Both the position numbers and the translations under genes were made by a program. The notes below the pieces were generated by a model. That model made no database searches. It saw nothing but the letters and a program-made list of their open reading frames with translations, and had not been told where the DNA came from. A stretch of 64,000 nucleotides of DNA from Marsupella aquatica (taxonomy: Eukaryota; Plantae; Marchantiophyta): the NCBI GenBank assembly GCA_973895155.1, contig OZ316894.1, forward strand, positions 26,273,240 to 26,337,239. Reading direction: 5' to 3'. Positions 51,083 through 64,000 of this stretch are shown piece after piece (the stretch's first letter is position 1; every line of letters starts with the position of its first letter).

Positions 51083-52324
51083 AGGGCTGCAAAGTAATAA
51101 ATGCAATTCCTTCAAAAGAAATAAAAGAAGCTATAGTTTGCTCTATTCTTTCAGACCACCTCACGAGGAGGCTTTAAGTTTTTGACAAAATACATGTACA
51201 TATCAGCAAATAAAAGGGACCCACAAGGGGCCCATTGTCAGCTGACTACGTTGGGTAATGCTTTTGCTTGATTGTGCCCTAAAGTTCATGTGAAGAGAAA
51301 TGTGGCCAGCTCACATGTTTGAATGGCCAGGATTGCATCTCACACAAAGAAAAAAAGGAAATGTTCCCCCCAAGTTCTTGTGAAGCCAACCTAACCAGGC
51401 CCATGACCAACGAGGTTTGGTCACAAAAGCTGAACTGTTGCAAATACCCTCTCTTTAGTATTGTATGCACAGAAAAAAGATTTGGAGGCATTTTCAGGCC
51501 CCCACCACAAAGCTAAACTCAAAGTTCAGCCAATAATTGGCTCATAATTTGCCCCGCTATTGGTGTTATCCTGGGAATATGACAAACCCCATGTAGACAT
51601 GCTCTGAGGCGGCAGGGGTTTCCATGAAGTAAGTACTTGTATACACCCTGCATATTCCATGGGCTGCAGGAGTTTAGTGTATCCAGTAAAGTCCTGTTTA
51701 GAGGGTATTATGGGATGTAATGCCCTTGAAAACTATTTGAAGAGCTACTATTGTCCACAATGCGTCAAAAACAACATGAGTACACTGATCTATTTTTATT
51801 TTAAAAACTTTAGCAAAAGTAAAGGAGAATACTACTAGAGAGATGATCCAGATCTTGTCGAGGGCAAAAAGAAGTTTGTACCGTATTGTCTATGCAACAT
51901 AGATGCATTTTGCAGGCCGAAGTATTCATGAAGTGTGGACCCGACATTCTACCACAGACAAGTGCAGCTTGTACCAGTGTTTCCCACAAATAGTGGGCCA
52001 TAGTGTGCTCTATTCCAGTTTTGACTCTCATGTTTCATTTGTTGTACTTGCACAATGTTGTGTTCAAAAATAGGCATTGTGTTTGAAAAGTGGCGTTGTC
52101 ATATAATTCATGATTTTTGTACCTTTTGTGCTCAATGTAGAATAGTTTAGGGTCAAAATTTGAACTCAAACACAACACCCAAGTGTTGTAGTAAATAGAG
52201 GTTGTGTTCATGGTCAAATGGCATTTGTGTCAAAGGACCCCAAAAATTCCATTCTAAAACACAATGTCATGGGAAAGACTATTGTGCATTCCATGACCAG
52301 GAGTTTCCAGACTGTACTAACAGT

Positions 52325-52670
52325 CTAGCGTGCATAAATGTATAAGTGCATTTCATAGGAGGTAGGAGTTTCCATGAAGCATGGACCGCATTCTACCATC
52401 ATGCATAAGTGCAGCATGCATGTATAAGTGTCTTCCATGGGCGGTACATGGGAGTTTCCATGAAGTATGGACTATGCAATCTACACTGCAGAAGTATAGC
52501 AGGTATAAGTGCAGTCCATGGGCAGTAGGAATTTATATGAAGCATGAAATATACACTGTTTAGTGCATAAGTGCAGGTGTATAAGTGCATTCCATAGCAA
52601 GTAGGACTTTCAGTGAAGCATGGACTGTAGAGTCTACCATGCACAAGTGCAGCCTGTATGAGTGCATTCT
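52325..52670. repeat. Degenerate tandem array, about 60-85 bp units
   Basis: Repeating GTATAAGTGCA...CCAT.G...GTAGGA.TTT...TGAAGCATGGAC. Related pieces occur near 51620 and 51925. Confidence 0.7.
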
Positions 52671-55099
52671 GTAATTTAAATGCAGCCTAGCCGTGTAGTC
52701 CCTTAAAAATTAGAAGAATTTATATATAGATGCACAAATCATGCAGGATACATAACCTCGGGGGTCTCACTATATGGAGGACCCCCCATCACCTGTGACA
52801 TTTTCATGTCTAAACCCCCATACTTATTAAGTTAAAAAAAATTCCCCTCCCCCTTTCTTTCTTCTAATAGTCTAAAATCCAATTTGTTTTGCCCCTAAAA
52901 TTTGTTAAGTAAAGTGTCACATATCAATAAAAAATGTCTTGAAAGCAAAGTTAAGTTTATGCAAGTACCTTGTGAAGTCGTATGTCAGACATGGCACACA
53001 CTGCAACAGTTCTTTCGCCTTTCTCGACCTCAAACTTCTCTCATTTCATGCCGTGCTGCTGATGAGAAGCGCACCTCCAACGCTCCCAATCTCTCGTGTT
53101 CATGTGCCTTAGCAAGACGAGCCTGGTCAACAATACCCCATCGATCCCACACCGATCCAATCACACACTATGTCAAGCCAACGCACCTTGCACTACTCAA
53201 GGAATCCACGTTGCACAAGCGGAGCTCACAGCCACCATAGCCACACTCGAGCTCCTCTCTCTCCAAGGCTCAACATTGAAAGATGACCTTTTGATGCCTC
53301 ACAAGGGAGAACTACTCTTGCACACAAACCTAATGGAACCCTATCGGCTCCAATAGCTCACATACAAAACATACATACTCAACTAGCACTATATACTACA
53401 ACAGCTTCTAGAATGGTGTGACATGTTCCACATTGAGCTGCGTTGTTTGACATTGTGCTTTGGCAATCATGAAGGAGCTGCTACTGTTCCACATTGAGCT
53501 TGAAGTGAGTTTAGTTGCTACTATTTGATAGCAAGCTCTTGATTGACATTGTCGTGCAACTCCTGCTTGGTGTCGTTGCATGGGTATTGCTTTTGAACAT
53601 TCACTTGGACAGCAATATCTAGTAAGCCGAGTTGAGCGGTGATGAGTTTGAAGCTTAAGTTTGCAATGGAGTATAAATGGAGTATGGATTGGTTTCAAAT
53701 TGATTGTTGATCGAATGAATTATTCATGTTGTGACCTTAAAGGCCATCCCACCTATGTACGCAAGGTTTATATAATTGGGATGACCTTTAGGTAGACCCA
53801 TTTAAACCATTCCCAAAATTCTTGCCTCTAACATGTACATGACTCCGGAAAATATGTAGGAAATTTATGCATGCCACGTGTACCAATCATAGAGTGACAC
53901 TTGTACTTAGCATAATCCGACACAAAGATACCCTAACTTCCTTGTATGTCTTCCATTTACATAGTAAATAATACTAATATGCCTATTGTTCTTAAAGGTC
54001 GCCCAAGATATTAAATTGACCCTATTGTTCTTACACAAATCTTCTTAAGTCTTTCTTAAAATCCAATTAACGGACCCTATACTTCGTCGCACGTGATGTG
54101 CGATTTTTGCGAAGTGAGACCCCCGAGTACATAACTTCAGGTGTGCCATTAGTAATGAACAAATACCTACACTCAATAGCAAACATGTAAGTGCATTTAT
54201 GTTTCTAAATGTGCACAGGCATTTACCAGTTACTGCAACGCCTACACATGAATATGTTGTTGTTGGGGAGGGCAAATGCGAGGTGCACGGACGCAAGATA
54301 GTGACCATTGTAGAGTCCAAGCACAACCCCTTGGCAGGAGGGAATAGTTTTTGTTTTATCTTTCTCTCTCATCATTATAGTTTTGAAGAAATAAATATGT
54401 TCCTTCTTTTCTTTTAATTATACTTAGAGTTTTCGAAGTTCAATTTTCACTTTTTTAATAATAATTAACTTTTTCATATTGGGCAGGTGCAGGCAGGTTT
54501 ATTTATTTCTGCTTTTTCTGATTTAGTAAAATAATGATGGACTAGTTTGGCTGGATAGGGTATTATAGTAGTAGATGTCTCTTTGAAGTATGGTATTGGG
54601 ATGCTATAAAAGGTTCTTTGGGCATGGATTGCATTGAAAATCTAGCAAGGGGGTAAGGAAGTAGAAAATACAAAAGTGATTCATTTCAAAATGATTTGTT
54701 TAAACTGTATGTGTCACAACATTATAAGGGTTTGGTAGGGATATTTGTTGTACTCCTTTGGGCACCTTCTTGGTATTGTAAAAGCATCATCCAGCCGTCC
54801 CAACCCTCAACATGAAAAGAACAAAGATTGAGACTCTCCCAAATCCCAACACTTAGTGATTTATTTTCTCTATTTTGTGAGTGAGTTGGACTTGCCAATG
54901 CCTTAAGGTTTAGGACGATCATTATATGGGACCCACCTAATAATTACTTATAGATTATGAAAACCCTTAGATCTTTTGTGATCTTAGCCATTAGGTCTTT
55001 GAAGATCTGGCAAATCCAAATTTAGCTCAAGGCACCTTAAAATAAGGCAGATTTTTCTCAATAATTGTTCCTCTGATTTTTCTTTGTATCATTTTTCCA

Positions 55100-56150
55100 A
55101 GAGCTGGCTTGTGCAATAATATATAAATATCTGTATTTTGTACCTGGCTGACTAACAGAATATTTTAGAGCGCTTGCGAGTTTAAGAATTTTCTGAGCAT
55201 TTTGATGTAAACTTTGACTGTACAAACTGTAGAATTTTTATTAGTTTCCAGACATGAAAGCATACAAACATAGGGGGTCCATGAATTGATTCCCCGCAGT
55301 TTCAATGACAATAGCCTGAGTCCCCATTCTTTGACCTTAAACATGGTGAGGACTTTCAAGCCCATTACACCATTTTCAGAGGAGTTTGCCATCCAATATT
55401 CCACTTGCACCCAACATCAGTTAAGCAATAGAGTCACTCACTAGAGGCTTGAGTCTAACACGGAGGCCTTGAAGCAGGCCTTGAAGAATTGAATTTGATT
55501 GCAATTATATAATTATATTGAAATAAACATGACATGGCTATCAGTATGACTTACCCTAAACCAGACTTAAATATAAATAGGGTTGCAATAAGTTTGTTGT
55601 TTGAAACACCACGTGGTAAGTTCAGCTGTAACACTTGAATGAGCTCAAATGGACTTTCTGAGAACTTTGAAATAGACTCAAGTAGCACTTTTTACACTTT
55701 TGACTCAAATATGACATGTAAATAGTCTCATCACAGTTTGCAACCTTTTTCAATAAGTTAACCTGATGTTCTCTAGCATCCTACCGGTGCTCAAACAAAA
55801 CTGTTATGCCTCAAGTGTGTCAATCTCTATGAGAACAAAATTTAGTGTTGTAGGTGAGCAGCATACTTAGGGTGTCCCTTGTTTCAGAGTGATATTCTGA
55901 GTAAAGTTTGCAGCAACAAAACAACTAAAATGAAGCACTTCTTTGCCGCTAGGCCCAATTTATTTAGCTAGAGCATCCTTCACAAAAGTTACAAGCCCTT
56001 CAATTCCCAAATTTCAATCCAAATACAGCTGGTCCCTGTAATTTTCTTTTCAATGCAAATTGGCTGAGGATTTCACACAATTTATGAGGATGGGTAGAGC
56101 CAAAGCCTGTGTCCATTTGAACTTTGTTTCCTAATTTTTGCACTTTTTTA
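55100..56150 (-). mobile_element. Possible highly decayed LINE remnant
   Basis: Minus-strand fragments (KLQG..., LVTFVKD) sit in roughly the order expected around the LINE RT FADD motif. Weak. Confidence 0.25.
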
Positions 56151-56492
56151 GGGGCATGATAGTAAACCACTTCTTTCATAATATATTTTAGGAGGATTGT
56201 AGCTCGAGATTGTATCCAGTTGGGTAAAGGTTGTAGTTAAGGTTGTACTCCCAGTTGTACTAACTACAACCTTTACAACTTGTTGGATAGGGTTGACTAT
56301 TGTAAGCTACCCGGCTGCAAACAATCATTTTTGGTGAACTTTTGTTTTATACTAAGTACGTACGTAGGTTGACTCCGGCCCCATCCATATGAACAACAAG
56401 CACTCCCCATGCCCCTGTCTACTCAAAGTAGTGTCTAAATATAAAAAAACATTGCGACCTGTAAGTCCACTCTAGAATGTACGTCATGGAAG

Positions 56493-56520
56493 ACTAGTAC
56501 GATGCCCGTGTGTTGCACAG
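56493..56520 (-). mobile_element. Helitron-like 3' terminus
   Basis: The minus strand reads CTGTGCAACACACGGGCATCGTACTAG-T: a subterminal hairpin of the CCGTGCAACGCACGG type, a short spacer, CTAG, then T. Confidence 0.6.
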
Positions 56521-59500
56521 AAAATGTCAAGGTGAGAAAATGATGTCGACATGAGAAAACAATGTAGAGGAAAGAAAGATTTCTATGTGAGAAAAAGGTG
56601 TCAGTGAAGATGTCAAGGTGAGATAAAGATGTGAGAGAGAAAAAAAATGATGTTGAGATAAGAAAAAAATGTCAAAGTGAAGAAAATATGTTGAGGACAG
56701 AAAATTAAATGAAGGCTGAGCAAAGATGTCAAGACAAGGCAAGAATATATAGGCATTAATTTGCATTGCTAAAAACTTATTGTGGTTGTGTTCAATACCC
56801 GTGCATTGCACAATTTAGAATGCCATTGCATAAAAAATGTCCATATCACACAAACATCATTGTGCATATGAATCAATGTGGAAAAGATGTTGCAAAGATG
56901 TCTTTGCATAAGTGTAAAGATATCATGGAGGAAGTCATCAAGGAAAAGAAATATCATCGAGGAACAAAAGTGTCACCTGTCACTAGAGATGATCACCAAA
57001 AAAGCATGACCAAATGAGAGTGACTTTTTTTCTTTTTTCTTTTACCTTTTTTCTCCTTCTTTTCCTTTCAAACCTGAACCCCCCCTTTCCCCCCTTTTCA
57101 CTACTTTTGGTCTCCTCTTTTTCTCATTCATCCTCCCTCCACTCGTCCCTCCCCCCATCCACATGAGGCTGGAGCCCTTTGAGGGGCTGCCTTGCATTGC
57201 TTGCCAGACACCTCAGTTGCTATGCCCAACATGCCTTGCTCTTTACTATGTCTTTGGGCCTTATTGCTTTTGTTGGTTTGGCAATGAAATGTTAGGGATA
57301 ATGAATGTAAAAAATCACTACAAAAATGGGGAGAAGAGTTTTGATTTGATTAGTCTGTGTACTACCTCATTGAATAAACAGTATATGCAATTAAACTTCT
57401 ACCAATTACATGAAACTATGTAGTATCACCCTATTGAGTATGTATAAATATTTCCTTGCATGGATCATGGACCAAGTATCCGTCTTGGTCCTCATGCATT
57501 GTGTGTTGCCCTGGTTTCCTTTAGTGTTTGTTTGTCCAGTTTCTTCTTGCTTGGACAATCATGCAATGCTCGTTCTTTCCCACTAAAAAATATCACACTT
57601 TGTCTTTATTCCTTCTCTTTGACCTGATTCGTTTATTTTTTGGACTCTGAAAACTGTAAAATTTGAATGAAAACCAAGCTCATTTCATTACAGTTTTTGA
57701 TTGGTGGATGACTCTATCTTGGCTAAAATGTGTTAGTTGAGGCCATTTTACCTCCTAAACCTTGTCTGAGTATAATGAAATCAAATTGAAACATTGAGTC
57801 AATTACTACATAACTCACACTATCCTGCATACTCTTCCTTGTACTCTTCAACCCAGCCATTGACCAAAGAGGATACTGTGTAGGGTAGCCCACGGCCGCA
57901 AAGGGGTCATGGGATGTAATTTCACATCAGATGGCTATCATTGCACCCAGTTTTGAGATGGAATGACCTAAGTTCTCCCTCATGGTAACTTTGACCACCC
58001 TTAGATCAGTTGAGCGAGGGCAGAGTCGGGTGGTCCGGTCATCCCATCCTACACTTGACCTTTGTCGAGGGCCAGCCTGTCTGTACACATAGCCTCTGCT
58101 TCTGTCCTGCTGAGGGTGGTGAAAGTCACTTGGAGGGAGACTAGAGCTGTCCTAGCTCGGGACTGGGTGCCATGATAGCCAGTGGATGTGAAGGAGCTAA
58201 CCCAGGTTAATTTTTTTACACACAACAAAAGACAATGGCATTGTGGTGAATAGAAAAAAATAGTGTCATAGAAAAAAACCCTATGTATCATACCAAAAAA
58301 GTGTGACAATGTAGTAAATCCCAGATTGCATAATTCAATTTGGAATCACTCTTGGAGCCATTCCAAGACAGTCAACATGGAAAAACACCCTTTTAAATCT
58401 TTTTGGGTATTCACTATTTTTCCTAGGGGTGAGGTGGTCTGTTCTATAGTCACTACTCAGGTTTCTTCATTAGACCCCTCTAAGCAGTTCACTCCAGAGC
58501 TCTGCATTTTGCCAAGAAAGAGAGTTTTAGGTCCCCTGTTCTTCATTTAGTTTGTGGGGGGCTTCTGTCTGGGTCCCTTGGGCTTTGTTGCCTGACCTTG
58601 ATTGGGGTTTTCACCTCTGGGATCATGTCTCCAGTTTGGGCGCTTCTAGTTTTTGTTGCAGTTTATCAGGGCATCTGAAAGACTCAAAGTTTCCGATGAT
58701 AGCTTTTGGACATAGTTTCTTGTTCACTAGCCTCTACAGTGCCCTCATGGCATATGACCTATATTTACTACAAAAAGCTATGGACTATGAATTTGATAGT
58801 CTGCAAATTTTTTCTAAGTCCATGTTCATGGCAAAAAGTTATAAGCTACGAAACTGGTTGTCGATAAATGTTTGTAGGGTCATCAAATTTGAAGCTTTCA
58901 GAAGGGTGAATGTATAGTTTAGGGGCTGAGTTATATTTTACGTGCATGTAATTTCGTCAGACCTGACGTTTGGTAACCACAGCAGGCGTGACCACAGTAG
59001 CCTCAGTAACCACAGTAACGTGGACGTGGATGTAACGAACGACGACACGGGCGCCGCAGGAAAGTCTGCACCTTACGCGGCATTGATTTCAGTCGAAAAT
59101 GGGCGCCCATCTCAATATCTCATGATGTGCTACGCAGAACCGATTTTACGTGCTGATCAGTGTAGTAAGCTGCGATTTGGATTTTGGAAGGAGTGATTGA
59201 GTGAGTCTTCACTGACTACTGTAGTCAATTTGCGGCTCAGAGCACTGCAGAAAGTAAACAGTCGAAATGCCGTAGGATTCATGAAAGCTCAAGTGTCTTG
59301 CGCATTCCCGACAGTACCTGCAGCTCGTTTCCAGTAAAAGACGTTCGTCACCAACCGCATTGATCAACCGCCCAAGCTCCTCTCTCGATTCATTTTCATT
59401 GATAGCTGCTTCAGAGCGAGGTGGTCGCATTCCATTCGGTGCTCTCGCGAGGCGGAGTGTTTCTTGTGACGAGAGGAGGATCGCAAACTAAGGGAGGGAG

Positions 59501-59569
59501 GGAGGGCGGCTGGCGGCTAGCTCGTGGACGGAGGAACAGGCAGTGTAGCTCGTTCTCGGGGGAGGAAGA

Positions 59570-60693
59570 ATGGCGGCTATGCGAGGCTCCGTTCTGGCAG
59601 CATTGGCGATAGTTTTCACATGGGTGGCGTTAGCCAGAGCGCAAACCTACACGCCTCTCTGGGCCGTTACCGACTGGGCTCAGGCCCATGCCACGTTCTA
59701 TGGTGGGCAGGACGCGTCTGGAACCATGGGTGGGGCTTGTGGATACGGGAACTTGTATTCTTTCGGATACGGGACGGACACCGCGGCTCTCAGTAATGCA
59801 TTGTTCAACAACGGGCTCAGCTGCGGAGCTTGCTTTTTGCTGCAATGCATCTTGTCCCAGAGTAGCTGGTGCTATCCCGGCGTTTCTCTAACTGTCACTG
59901 CAACCAACAACTGTCCCCAGGGCTCCTTCGGTGGGTGGTGCGACTCTCCCAAAGCTCACTTCGATCTGGCCTACCCAGCATTTACTCAGCTCGCCAATGC
60001 AATCGGTGGAGTCATTCCTGTGGAATACAAAAGGTATGTCCTTCCACCAGCTGCTGAGTTAGACTGACAGCGCGTCCATTACCCTCTGAGGACCACTTAC
60101 TCGGCTCCTTTGGTCCCATATGCACTCCTTTCTCTACGCTTGTGCCCCTCCTCGGGCAAGGTTTATAGTACTACAACGTCCCCCTTGCCTTCAATCTTTC
60201 ATCAATGCATCGTAGGTCTTACATGGGTCGCATCGCTTGTAGGCTCCTTCGTAGTGGAACGGGCCAGATATAATCGTTATTGCAGGGTAGTGTCTTTCCA
60301 CTGAGCGAGTATATTCTAGATTATGCTGAACTACATTGTTCAGGAACGAGATGTCTCGCTCTAACTTTGTTTCGGATTGATGGCAGGGTATCTTGTAACA
60401 AACAAGGAGGGATCCGTTTCTCCATTCAAGGTAACCCGTATTTCGACTACGTCCTAGTATCCAACGTCGGTGGTGGTGGGGACGTGAAGTCTGTGTCTAT
60501 CCAAGGCGGTACCGGCGGCTTCATCTCTATGCAGCATAACTGGGGTCAGTTTTGGTCAGTCGGTGCCAATCTCGTTGGTCAACCACTCTCGTTCATTGTT
60601 GTACTGGGCAGTGGCGTATCCCAGCAGTTCTGGAATGTCGCTGACAACAGTTGGGGCTTCGGTTCGACGTACGAGGCAAACTCGAACTTCTGA
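59570..60693 (+). CDS. EXPA: Alpha-expansin, 256 aa, 2 exons
   Basis: Exons 59570-60033 and 60387-60693 (771 nt). Signal peptide, [58 protein letters not shown] and C-terminal Trp residues. Confidence 0.96.
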
Positions 60694-62649
60694 CCCGCAT
60701 TTTTGTAACAGCTTTAGAACGCGGTAGCGACTCCATGCATAGAATAGTACACCTGATACTGCAAACTCAGCGTAGTTTCCCTCATTAGTTTGTCTGCCAG
60801 CCTGCACTAGTTTTGTGTCCGTTGGCATGACTAATATTCTTGGAAAGGTCTAGAAACCAGGTCGTGTCAAGATGATTAAGGGTTAGGAATCTCTACAAGG
60901 CAGTTTTAGAGCAGATGAGGCGTGTATATGACATGTACATAGCGCCCACTGTTTTCGAGGTGATTTGTCCGAAGCCAACAGGCTTCCCAATACCTTGCCC
61001 TGCCTTGCTCCCGAGGGCGGAGCTCAAGATCCTCCGCCCGAGGACCAGATTTGTGGATGAGGTGATATTTGACGGCTTTCTTTGCCACCCGCTGCAAACT
61101 TCTGATAAATGAAGTCTATTGCCATGTTCGTTGGCCGACACGGGAACCTTACTGAGGGCGAAAGCTCAATCATTTGTGGAGTGTCGATTAATTTCTGCCT
61201 GATCCCAATTATTTTGAAGGAAAACCTTATTGTGTGTATATTACCGTTCTAAATTTTGATAACTATGAGCCACCGGAGCATATATTTGGATCGTGCGATA
61301 CCGCGCTTACTTTATGCTTACCTATGCTTTGCCGTCGCTTGTATTGCTATTGGCGGTTGTTTCCCCCTTACCTCAAAAGTAAGTCCAACTTCAGCCATTA
61401 GATAATAAGTAGAGAGTTGATTTGTTGGAGGCCAGTTTTTCTTCCGAAAACTTCAGAGCTTGCTTCCAATAATTTTTGTTCCACCGACTTCGAAGGCACT
61501 CTTGTGAATGTTTCGACTACGCTTGAAAGCGTTGGGCACCATCGCTCATAGTAGTTGTAGTCTGTCGCAATCCTGTCTCTAGGTTGAAACGTTGCTAGTA
61601 GTTCGAATGCAACTTTTGTACCGGATGAGTATCTTTTCAGTTCATCGATCAGACGCAGCCTGTGCTGGCTCCGGAAATAGTTTCATTAAGTAGGTGAAAC
61701 TACGGATTGCTTCCGTCTAGGACCATCGCCTTCAACGTTTCTGGTAACCAGAAGGTCTGTCACTGTCGCTTCCATCATCGACAGCGGTTCAAGGCTTTGA
61801 CACAAGTGGTGATGACCTTGCGCTGTAAAGAAACTTTTCTTCTGGAGATTGAAACGCCCTAACTCGAATGAAAAACATGGTTCTAGATCTCTTCCGTCAA
61901 TCGCATTACACCACTTGTTATCCACAGTAGGGTCTGGAACTCGTCAGTGATCTCTCGTTAACACGGGAGATGAACAGAGTGATTTGAACATCATGGATCA
62001 GGAACACTTCACACTGAGATGGATGTTTTCTCGTTTTAGGACAACATAGGATTCATTGCTGAAATGCGTGGATGACGCCTGTTGTTGCTGTCTTCTTGTT
62101 GGCGATGAACGGGCCCTCGCTTGTTCGCCCACTACGCGTGTATCCTTTTGCAGATCAGCAACCCGAGTGCCCGGATGGGATTTTGCGGTCAGTTGAGTAG
62201 ATATATCGTCGTGTCAATGTGGGGCTATGTGTGAAACATTAAACTTTTACGAGCGGAGGATCTCATCAGGACATTGGAATATGTCCACTATGTACGACCG
62301 CGGTGATAGTATGTGACGTAGCGGGAGATTGATAGGTGTTGCCATTGACAACCACCCCGAAGCATTTACATCACATTATGTGGTTTTGTAACGATTCAGC
62401 TGCTTCATTTATGACTTGTTCTGCTGGTCCATTATCATTAAACTTGAAGATGCCGCCGCTTCAAATTTCCTGTCTCTGTACACGTCCGACCTTGGATTCT
62501 ATTACCATGGAAGGAAAACGGCATAGTTTCGAAGCACTTTGGCCAGCAGCGATCTCTCACCTTCATATCTTTGGTAAGCCTCCTGGCTCTGTTGTAAGTG
62601 GGATGGTACCGAGGCAGTGTACCTTTCTGCAGGGCCTATGCCCTCTGCC

Positions 62650-63860
62650 TGTCTTAAAAATTGGCGTTGGGAGGCCAACAGCACGGCTACGAAGTACCTG
62701 GGCGTTTTTCCTGACCCTATGCTAGTGCGTCCCGGGGCGAAATTGGGCCAGCTGCGACCTCATTGCCAGTCACCGTCGTGGGTCACTTGGTGGTCAGCAT
62801 GTTGTACATACCAGGCGTTGTGGGCTGGTTCTCCTGTGGAACTGACGGTGCCAGAAAAAGAGAACAGTCGATGACTAGATTCATTTGGGCTGAGCAGAAC
62901 GACAAGGCCAGGCATAGAGGTGATATCGCGACTAGTTCTAAGCCCAAGGATAAAGGTGGTCTTTGTATTCTGTCTTACGTTTGAGAGTCTCGGGCGTTTG
63001 GCCGACATGACAGGTTTGGGCTATCAGTGAAAGGCAAGCATCCCTTACAGAGGACTCTTCGTCAGACTATACTTTGGCTCTCCTCTCCTTACAGAAGTGG
63101 GACGTTGATGATCATACCTGGGTTTTACAGAGGTGCTGGACGCTGCCATCTCGACCTCTCTCTGCTGGGTTTTACAGAGGTGCGTCAACATTTGTTTGGC
63201 TCGGAATTTCTAAAACAACAATTTGGTACCCTCTCGACCTGCTAATGTTGATGTTGCTCAAGTTCATCACAGCAACTCACTTCGGGTATGGTAGTAACCC
63301 ACAGGGTGAGTGGAATTGCATGGGGGACCATCTTAGACGAGCAGTATTGTATTGTGCAGCGGCAGGATGGCCCGCATTTGATCCAGCCTCGGACCTGCCG
63401 TGCTGCTGATGAGAAGCGCACCTCCAACACTCCCGATCTCTCGTGTTCATGTGCCTTAGCAAGATTTCAACACTACGGTTTGGAAATTTCATCTCAGAAC
63501 GTCTTTGTTGATCTCCAGATGGCCACCGGACACACCCCTATTCGGAAGCATGTACTTCACCGTGTTTGCTGCAACTCGAGCTTCTGCCACTTCGTTCTCC
63601 AACCCATTCCTCTTGGTAGGTTCTGCTGGTAGGGATACGACGACACTGGCATTCATGAAGCACATTACCATGGCTCGGCAATACCACTGGAAGGATGGCC
63701 ATGATTTATTTGACACCAACGCGTTCCACCATAGAATTCACCTTAAATATAGTAACGTCCTCTTTGCGGGGCACTGTAGTCCATCTAGCCCCGTAGAAAT
63801 GAGAGCTTTAGCTCGAGTTTTGAGAGGCTGCTATTGCCCACAACGCTTTGAATTATATTA
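62650..63860 (+). mobile_element. Decayed LINE (L1-like) 3' region
   Basis: Fragments TKYLGV and RFIWAEQNDKARHR...KPKDKGGLCI match the post-RT region of plant L1 elements. Frameshifted. Confidence 0.65.
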
Positions 63861-64000
63861 AGCCTCAGAGTTTATTTTACTTTTTCATATAGTAAAGTAC
63901 TGAGAAGTTTGATAAAGTGCGAACCCTAATCTTGTTTGTGCATTTTTCTCCATGAAATGCACTGAATATTGCATAGAGGAATATAAGGAAAGGCATCAAG

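Noticed and set aside
908-60693. Idea that the eight genes form a functional cluster or new system
   Set aside because: The functions are unrelated (phosphatase, meiosis/repair, trafficking, OPPP, proteasome assembly, transcription, cell wall) and I see no shared regulatory signature.

Overview
Eukaryotic, intron-containing land-plant genomic DNA. A bryophyte-grade plant such as a liverwort is my inference from gene structures and protein sequences; it is not proven. Eight protein-coding genes could be reconstructed by hand with GT-AG introns and consistent phases: a PhoD-family phosphatase with no signal peptide (-), XRI1-like (+), TMEM45/DUF716-like (-), ARFRP1/ARLB1-type GTPase (-), 6-phosphogluconate dehydrogenase ending in the peroxisomal signal SKI (-), PBAC1/PSMG1-like proteasome chaperone with an HbYX tail (-), a SMOS1-like AP2 factor with a 9-nt micro-exon and an intact second AP2 repeat (+), and an alpha-expansin (+). 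Intergenic DNA holds decayed LINE, Copia, PIF/Harbinger and Helitron remnants, two short inverted-repeat (MITE-like) families and many two-copy tandem duplications. I found no convincing new multi-gene system. The best leads are the putatively intracellular PhoD enzyme, the two-repeat SMOS1, a duplicated palindromic DRE module upstream of the 6PGD gene and a 69-bp segment copied between unrelated contexts 10 kb apart. Family calls come from recognising motifs, not from database searches.
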